64,000 nucleotides of DNA from Candidatus Poribacteria bacterium (GTDB lineage: Bacteria; Poribacteria; WGA-4E; WGA-3G), in contig CAXXTN010000007.1 in NCBI GenBank assembly GCA_963666175.2, positions 15,041-79,040 of the forward strand. The letters run 5' to 3'. Below the pieces are notes generated by a model, which was not told the DNA's origin, did not search any database, and saw only the letters and a program-made list of their open reading frames with translations. The stretch's first letter is position 1. The number at the start of each line of letters is the position of its first letter. Position numbers and translations under genes: made by a program. Of this stretch, positions 57,987 to 64,000 are shown in pieces.

Positions 57987-58090
57987 AGACTGTTATTTTT
58001 GCCTGAATTAGGATTAGATATCTGAATAAATTCTACTTCAGTGTACCTCATGATTAGTTTTACCATATTCACTACAGAATCCAACATCAT

Positions 58091-58165
58091 TGTAGGTCGT
58101 GATCTCTGTTCTCTGTCGTAACTTTCGAATAATTTAAGACATGACAGATAGAGACCGCGCCTACA
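58091..58165. repeat. GTAGG-headed REP-like hairpin
   Basis: tgtaggtcgtgatctctgttctctgtc pairs with gacagatagagaccgcgcctaca. It belongs to the same subfamily as the hairpins at 36889 and 63483. Confidence 0.55.
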
Positions 58166-58217
58166 AGTGATTTATGAGAAACGCTTTAAATCCTTCAAAG
58201 AAGAGTAGACAAAATAG

Positions 58218-59333
58218 ATGTTTCAGAATGTAGCCGAAATTTTCAGACTATTTACTTCTGCACTCGTGCAGTGGATATTGTATGCTCAAAGGTTACCTAA
58301 AGATTTTTCACCAACTCGTATACTTGTGGTAAAACTTGATCACATCGGTGATGTTTTATTAGCAACCCCAGTTTTTTCCAATCTTAGACAGGCATATCCA
58401 AATACTGAACTTCACGCTCTATGTGGTAAATGGAGTCGCGTTATTCTAGATAACCATCCAGATGTTGATAAGACGATTGAATATAATTCTCCCGTATTTT
58501 GTAGATCTGAAGTGCCTACATCTCTAAAGCAGACAGGACAACTCTTAAAGAACTTGCGTCATCAAAACTATGATTTGCTAATAGAACTACGCGGAGATTG
58601 GCGTATTATCTGGTTTTCTTTCTTAAAGGTAAGTCCAAGACGATTATGTCGTGCTTCCCTTCAGGTAACAAAGAAGTTAGGTTTTCAAAAGTTTAGCAGC
58701 AGACATGATTCAAGTAGAAATTTGGATATCCTAAAGCAAGCTGGTATTCCAACACCTATACTCAATACTACGTTTTCTATATCTGCAGAAAACGAAGAGT
58801 GGGCATCCAAACTTCTTGAAGAACACGAAATAGAACGTGAACTTCCTATAATCACAATGCATCCAGGATCCCCAATTAGTATAAAAAGGTGGCAACCAGA
58901 ACGATTTGCCGAATTGGCGGATTGGTTAATTGTCAAGAAACGCGCACAAATCCTGTTTGTAGGAGTTCCAGATGAAATTCCAATAATAACACAAATACAA
59001 GAATTAATGCAGAACATGTCTGTTAGTTTAGCTGGTAAAACAACTATTCCAAAGTTGGCATCCATTTTAAAGAATAGTAGTATGTTTATTGGTAATGACA
59101 GTGGACCTATGCATCTTGCTGCTGCTGTAAATATACCAACGATTGGAATTTACGGTCCAGGAGATCCGAAAAGGTTCGGACCTATAGGCGAGAAGTGTCA
59201 TACTATACAGAAAAAACCTGATTGTCCGCCATGTAAAGGTGATATATGTAAATTTGGAGAAGAAGGATGTATGGCTAAAATTCAAACAATTGATGTAATT
59301 GAGACAGTTGAAAAAGTGGGTTATATTGGATGA
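58218..59333 (+). CDS. Glycosyltransferase family 9 (heptosyltransferase-like)
   Basis: Contains ILVVKLDHIGDVLLATPVF..L...YP and GNDSGPMHLAAAVNIPTIGIYGP. Confidence 0.8.
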   Translation: MFQNVAEIFRLFTSALVQWILYAQRLPKDFSPTRILVVKLDHIGDVLLATPVFSNLRQAYPNTELHALCGKWSRVILDNHPDVDKTIEYNSPVFCRSEVPTSLKQTGQLLKNLRHQNYDLLIELRGDWRIIWFSFLKVSPRRLCRASLQVTKKLGFQKFSSRHDSSRNLDILKQAGIPTPILNTTFSISAENEEWASKLLEEHEIERELPIITMHPGSPISIKRWQPERFAELADWLIVKKRAQILFVGVPDEIPIITQIQELMQNMSVSLAGKTTIPKLASILKNSSMFIGNDSGPMHLAAAVNIPTIGIYGPGDPKRFGPIGEKCHTIQKKPDCPPCKGDICKFGEEGCMAKIQTIDVIETVEKVGYIG

Positions 59334-59385
59334 TTTGTCTTTTTCTATTTGAAAAATCTGAACAACAATGATTAAGAAATAAATT

Positions 59386-59414
59386 GTTTACAAATTTAAC
59401 TAAATCTGATATAT
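59386..59414 (+). promoter_or_regulatory. Candidate sigma70 promoter
   Basis: TTTACA (59386-59391), 17-nt spacer, TATATT (59409-59414). Confidence 0.35.
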
Positions 59415-59457
59415 TAAATCAACAATATACATTTTGTGTGCCGTAGTTAAGAAAGCT

Positions 59458-59502
59458 GCCCCATTTTGTGCAGCTTAAGATTTGAGATGCACAGAATGGG
59501 GC
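59458..59502 (+). other. 15-bp stem-loop in the long leader upstream of the DUF4159 gene
   Basis: gccccattttgtgca pairs with tgcacagaatggggc, with 15 of 15 pairs including one G-U wobble. The loop is 15 nt. No T-tract follows, so it is not a canonical terminator. Confidence 0.45.
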
Positions 59503-59707
59503 AACAATAGATCACTTATATGCCATACTACCACATATACTTAGACTTCAGTTTTGGCATACAAATTGCATAAAACATTCGTAGGTTTAGTATTATACTT
59601 TTTTCAAATTATTTTAGTAGGTTATATTAAAAACGATTTCTAACATCATTAGTATTAGTAGGTTGTATCAAAAACTAACAAGATACATTATTTTATGAGG
59701 TGAAATA

Positions 59708-61189
59708 ATGAGTGCAAAAAGAACATCAGCAGCGTTAATGACTGCATTGCTGATCCACGGACTCCTTATTGCGATTGCGGGTCTCTATTTTGTGACGACA
59801 ACGCAGACCTTTAAGGATTTAGTTGGGGTGGAAACACTTGAACCACCAGAACCACCGAAACCTAAAGTGCGGAAACCAATCGTTGAAAAGATTGTTAAAC
59901 CAATAGTACCGGTAGAAAGCACGGTAGTTGTTGAACAGGTACAAGTTCAACCCCGTTTAACAACCGCATTTTCGCCAAAGGTTACCGAAAATGTAACGCA
60001 AACATCCTTACAATTTTCTAACCAAGCAGTGAAGGTTGATGCCCCCATCAATCCAAACGTGCCGAAGGTTGTTAATCCAAATGCTCCAATACCTGAGGTA
60101 GTTACACATACGGATCTTCCAGTGTCTGATGCACCAAGTGCTTTAGCATTTGCTGGACCCGCAGCGAGTGCGCCTTCCGCAGGTCCCACAAACATTGTTC
60201 GTGGTATTGCAGGAAGTCCAGTGCAGGTGAAAATGACATTTAAACGTCCCGCTGGCTTAGCTATGGTTGAAAACGTTGGTGTCGCACGAGATGCGTTGGG
60301 TGATGTTGCTGAAAGCATCACACTTGGTAACGTTGAAGTTCCTCCATTACCCAAGGGCGAACCGGGTGGACGTGTCATCGGTAAAGGTCGTGACATTCGC
60401 GGTGTGCTTCGTTTCACACGAATTCGTCATACACTTTCTGACTGGTGGGCAGATTCTTCATCCTTGAACGCGCTTACAAAATGGCTTAACGAGAAAACCA
60501 AAATTAAAACAGACATGAACGTTGAAGGTGGTTCTCTCAAACTGACAGATGCAAACTTATACAAAACACCACTCGCATTTTTGACAGGTCACGATCCCGC
60601 AATGGTGCGTTCACGTAACTTGCTCGGTAAACAGTATGGTGGTGGTAAAATGGATAGCAGATTTACCGAATCTGAAGCCGCTGGTCTCCGTAAGTACCTT
60701 GTTGAAAAGGGTGGATTCCTTGTCTTTGATGACTGCGGTGTGAATGCTCCTGCACAAGCAATGGTTCGGTTGTTCATTTCACAGATGCGTTATGTCATGC
60801 CCGAATATCAGATTGAACGTGTTGACAACCAACACGAGATCTATGATAACTTCTATGAAATGGGCGGTCCTCCCGTTGGATTCGATATTTTCTGGTGGGG
60901 CACAAGACCTCCGAGACGGAATTATCTTGAAGGATTCTCGGTTGGTGATAAATTGTCAGTTCTCGTCGTTCGCCGTGATTATATGTGCGCAATGGAATCT
61001 GTCAGTCTGCCAACACGGAGTGTCCACTATTCACCTGGTGTCTATCGCTTTATGACAAATGTTGTTGTTTATGCATTGACACACGGTAAAATTTCCGATT
61101 ATTCTGGTTATGTTCCCGAAGATACTTTGGCACAGAAAGAACTTCCGACTCGGGCACCAGAAGCAGCTAAAATTGGCGCGACTAAATAG
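59708..61189 (+). CDS. Membrane-anchored protein with Pro-rich linker and C-terminal DUF4159 domain
   Basis: GAGGTG RBS. The N-terminal TM helix is ALMTALLIHGLLIAIAGLYFV, followed by EPPEPPKPKVRKP. The C-terminus (FLTGHD...SEAAGLRKYLVEKGGFLVFDDCG...HEIYDNFYEM) matches the DUF4159 pattern. Confidence 0.7.
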   Translation: MSAKRTSAALMTALLIHGLLIAIAGLYFVTTTQTFKDLVGVETLEPPEPPKPKVRKPIVEKIVKPIVPVESTVVVEQVQVQPRLTTAFSPKVTENVTQTSLQFSNQAVKVDAPINPNVPKVVNPNAPIPEVVTHTDLPVSDAPSALAFAGPAASAPSAGPTNIVRGIAGSPVQVKMTFKRPAGLAMVENVGVARDALGDVAESITLGNVEVPPLPKGEPGGRVIGKGRDIRGVLRFTRIRHTLSDWWADSSSLNALTKWLNEKTKIKTDMNVEGGSLKLTDANLYKTPLAFLTGHDPAMVRSRNLLGKQYGGGKMDSRFTESEAAGLRKYLVEKGGFLVFDDCGVNAPAQAMVRLFISQMRYVMPEYQIERVDNQHEIYDNFYEMGGPPVGFDIFWWGTRPPRRNYLEGFSVGDKLSVLVVRRDYMCAMESVSLPTRSVHYSPGVYRFMTNVVVYALTHGKISDYSGYVPEDTLAQKELPTRAPEAAKIGATK

Positions 61190-61234
61190 CGAATTACTTT
61201 CGTTATATTCAGTTCTAATTCAAACGATATGATT

Positions 61235-61277
61235 TCTCCCGATAAAGACGCTTAGTCCTTATCGGGAGACTTTTTTG
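61235..61277 (+). terminator. Rho-independent terminator
   Basis: tctcccgataa...ttatcgggaga forms an 11-bp stem followed by cTTTTTT, about 45 nt after the stop at 61189. Confidence 0.7.
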
Positions 61278-61356
61278 TAGGGTTTACAACATTGTTGAAA
61301 ATTGAAAACACCTATAGATATTCAAACAGATTTCATCCTATTATATATCAATATAA

Positions 61357-62202
61357 ATGAAAGAGGTAAAACACAAATTGAAACTCGGTGTATCTACATA
61401 TTCTTATTGGCATTTCACTCCTGAACGAATACCTATTGAGCACGTCATAGAGGAAGCAGCACGGCTTGAACTAGATGGAATTGAAATCTTACATCAACAG
61501 ATGTCTTCCGAAGCAACTCCATATTTACAGAAACTCAAACGACACGCATTCGTTCATGGACTTGATCTCTATGCACTTTCTATCCATCAAGGTTTCGTGT
61601 CGCCGGAAGAACAGACGCGGCAAAGAAATATCAATCATACTATACATTGCATACGTTTAGCACATGAACTTGGAATCCCTTCAATCCGTCTCAATTCTGG
61701 ACGGTGGGGAACTATCAAATCATTCACAGATTTGATGAATACTGAGGGACAGGAACCATCACTTCCAGATCATACGGAAGATGAAGCGTTTGAATGGGTT
61801 ATCGCTTCTATCGAAGAATGTCTGCCAGATGCAGAGAGATATGGTGTAATTCTTGGTCTTGAAAATCATTGGGGATTGACATGCACACCAGAAGGGGTTA
61901 ATCGGATAGTTTCTGCAATTGACTCTGAATGGTTGAAAGTTACTATGGATTGCGGAAATTTCCTCTCTGATCCTTATGAAAAGTTGGAACAGATTGCACC
62001 TGATGCAGTCCTTGTTCATGCAAAGACATACTATGGCGGTGGAGAATGGTATACGTTAGAACTTGATTATAGTAAGATTGGTGAGATACTAAGCAGTGTC
62101 GGTTTCAACGGCTATGTCTCCATAGAATTTGAAGGCAAAGAGGATGCACACAACGGGGTTCCACAGAGTGTGGAGATGTTGCGTAACACCCTCAAGTTAT
62201 AA
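61357..62202 (+). CDS. Sugar phosphate isomerase/epimerase (xylose isomerase-like TIM barrel)
   Basis: Contains LGVSTYSYW, DGIEI, ILGLENHWG and the general AP_endonuc_2-like layout. Confidence 0.8.
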   Translation: MKEVKHKLKLGVSTYSYWHFTPERIPIEHVIEEAARLELDGIEILHQQMSSEATPYLQKLKRHAFVHGLDLYALSIHQGFVSPEEQTRQRNINHTIHCIRLAHELGIPSIRLNSGRWGTIKSFTDLMNTEGQEPSLPDHTEDEAFEWVIASIEECLPDAERYGVILGLENHWGLTCTPEGVNRIVSAIDSEWLKVTMDCGNFLSDPYEKLEQIAPDAVLVHAKTYYGGGEWYTLELDYSKIGEILSSVGFNGYVSIEFEGKEDAHNGVPQSVEMLRNTLKL

Positions 62203-62246
62203 GCCAATCAGATTCAGCATCTGAACTGCAACAGATACTTATAGAT

Positions 62247-63359
62247 CTAACTGGTTTCCCAAGGTGCGACTTCACCAACTTCCGGTGGCGCGGGAAAACG
62301 ACTCAAGACATCAACAGGTTTTCCCAAATCTGATGATTCAATTACACGTTCACATATCTCTATCACATGGCGCGCCTGCGCGCCATTGCACCGCGGGTTA
62401 CGATCATTTCTAATTGCATCAGCAAAATCAACTACACCTTTTCCCCAATCCAGACCCGTATGTGATTTAGGTGGAGAATCTTCATCTTGCCACCCTGACT
62501 GCGGTGTGAATTTCTTTATACCGCGTCCATCATCATGTGCTTGCAGTGAGAAACCACCTTTTGTCCCGTGTATCTCATACGGTGGGATCTGCGAAGTTAC
62601 AGTAAAGCTGTGATAGATGAAACCGTGTGATCCGCCGTCTTGTGGAACGTCAAACTCAAGCACAGCAAACCCGTGATCTTTTTCTGTTACTTCAAACTCA
62701 GTGCCTTGTCGTGGTCCTGTTGTTAAGACTCGTTTAGGTACAGCAACCCTTGCAAATCCGTGAACAGTTTTCACAGGTCCAATCATTGTTGTCATAGCGG
62801 TTAAGGGATATGGGGCAACATCTCTAAATGGTCCCGCATGCATCAAAAACGCATCTGCACTTGGATGCCAATGTTCCAAAGGTCCGCCGAAGTTGCCAAT
62901 CGCAGAGATCACATCACCTATTTCTCCATCACGAATCCGTTTCCAAACATTCTGTTGCACATATCCAAGAATTGCCGATGGCGCACATGCAAGTTTTAAC
63001 CTCATAGTTTCGGCAGTCTCTACAAGTTCATTTGCTTCATCTGTCGTAATCGAAATCGGTTTCTCAGAATATACATGCTTTCCAGCTTTCAAAGCCGCCA
63101 ACGACACTGGATAATGTGAAATATGGAGTGTTAAATTAACAATGGCTTCTACATTTGGATCGTTGAATACTGCTTCAAGAGATGGATAGACTTTACCACC
63201 ATTTCTCTCTGCAAGAGCTGACGCGCGTCCTTCGTCCTGATCATAAAAGCCAACCAATTCAATATGGTCTGGATATGCTTGACAACGTGGTTGATATCCA
63301 CCTGCTGCAATCATACCGCACCCGACAATCACTGTTCGCAATGGTGTAATGTTAGACAT
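62247..63359 (-). CDS. Gfo/Idh/MocA family oxidoreductase
   Basis: Contains VIVGCGMIAAGGY and GKHVYSEKPI, with a typical C-terminal domain. Confidence 0.85.
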   Translation of the reverse strand: MSNITPLRTVIVGCGMIAAGGYQPRCQAYPDHIELVGFYDQDEGRASALAERNGGKVYPSLEAVFNDPNVEAIVNLTLHISHYPVSLAALKAGKHVYSEKPISITTDEANELVETAETMRLKLACAPSAILGYVQQNVWKRIRDGEIGDVISAIGNFGGPLEHWHPSADAFLMHAGPFRDVAPYPLTAMTTMIGPVKTVHGFARVAVPKRVLTTGPRQGTEFEVTEKDHGFAVLEFDVPQDGGSHGFIYHSFTVTSQIPPYEIHGTKGGFSLQAHDDGRGIKKFTPQSGWQDEDSPPKSHTGLDWGKGVVDFADAIRNDRNPRCNGAQARHVIEICERVIESSDLGKPVDVLSRFPAPPEVGEVAPWETS

Positions 63360-63442
63360 ATCATTCTCCTTGTTTATTCACACCAAATTTTTGCATTAGC
63401 ATATCAGATTATTCGTTTTATTCCAAACTGATTCTATTTACT

Positions 63443-63907
63443 GGGTGCGTAAAGTTTTTGCACAAACTGCTCATTCTCCATTGTAGGGCGGGGTCTCTGT
63501 GTCCCGCCGCAACTGATTTCATAAGAGATTGCGGGTACAGGACACATAGGTGTTGTAAACATAAGGAAATATTGTTAATATGAACCATACTCTTCAGTCC
63601 CGTAGGGACGATATGTTTATAGAAAAAGAGTTCCCATGCCTTTTTAGTCCCGTAGGGACGATATGTTTATTTTTCTATGTCGTTCCTATGGAACTCAAGA
63701 TAGGGTGATAACGTCTTTCTATAGACATATCGTCCCTAATGAAGATTAAAAAATAAATCGGGTAATTTCCTTGAGAAGTCCGGAGCGGTTAGGAAACCGC
63801 TCCTACCGTGTTTGAGAAAATGAGAATTACCCGTTTAATAAATTAATCCTCATACGGGACTAAAGAGAACAAAAGTTTGTACCTTTGTACAAAAACTTTA
63901 CACACCC
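63443..63907. mobile_element. ~465-bp composite element bounded by GGGTGCGTAAAGTTTTTGCACA / TGTACAAAAACTTTACACACCC inverted repeats
   Basis: The TIRs are seen directly. The interior holds a GTAGG hairpin at 63483, gtcccgtagggacgatatgtttat units at 63595-63737, and a complete 115-bp MITE at 63739-63853. Confidence 0.7.
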
Positions 63908-64000
63908 GCAGGCAGTGATCTGTTGATAACCGAGAGTAAAACCAAGAACAGATCGCACCATTAACACTAAAGGCAATGAAAAAACAGGTAGAGAAAATCA

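Overview
AT-rich (judged by eye) chromosomal segment from what looks like an uncultured Gram-negative bacterium. Gene content includes DUF1501, five Gfo/Idh/MocA oxidoreductases, a xylose-isomerase-like TIM barrel, T9SS-type C-terminal sorting domains, and WD40, cadherin and lamin-tail proteins. This resembles PVC/FCB-type candidate phyla such as Poribacteria, but that placement is inference only. I support about 40 CDS and find no rRNA, tRNA or CRISPR array. Most genes are ordinary carbohydrate or redox housekeeping: GHMP kinase, PL22-like lyase, GH-like protein, MDR dehydrogenase, PAP phosphatase, rsmD, lysC, GT9, sulfotransferase and two orphan substrate-binding proteins. Four things stand out. 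(1) A co-directional five-gene module at 23.2-29.7 kb encodes a two-TM coiled-coil protein, two tandem PspA/IM30 (ESCRT-III-fold) paralogs, a ~600-aa orphan helical protein, and a tandem AAA+ ATPase with a degenerate first domain and a classical-AAA second domain. I read this as a candidate bacterial ESCRT-III/Vps4-like membrane-remodelling system and rank it as the best lead. (2) An 832-aa single-polypeptide fusion of a P-loop ATPase, a PD-(D/E)XK nuclease and a 2OG-Fe(II) dioxygenase sits next to a PhyH-family dioxygenase. (3) Five secreted multi-WD40 paralogs and a cadherin/LTD protein form a family. Five of the six share one C-terminal cassette of a dockerin pair, a helical linker and a T9SS-type CTD. 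One paralog also carries a cohesin-like domain and one carries a metzincin protease. (4) Intergenic DNA is saturated with nested palindromic REP/BIME- and MITE-like elements, many headed by GTAGG, plus a family bounded by GGGTGTGTAAAGTTTTTG terminal inverted repeats. All family assignments come from motif recognition by eye and need profile searches to confirm.
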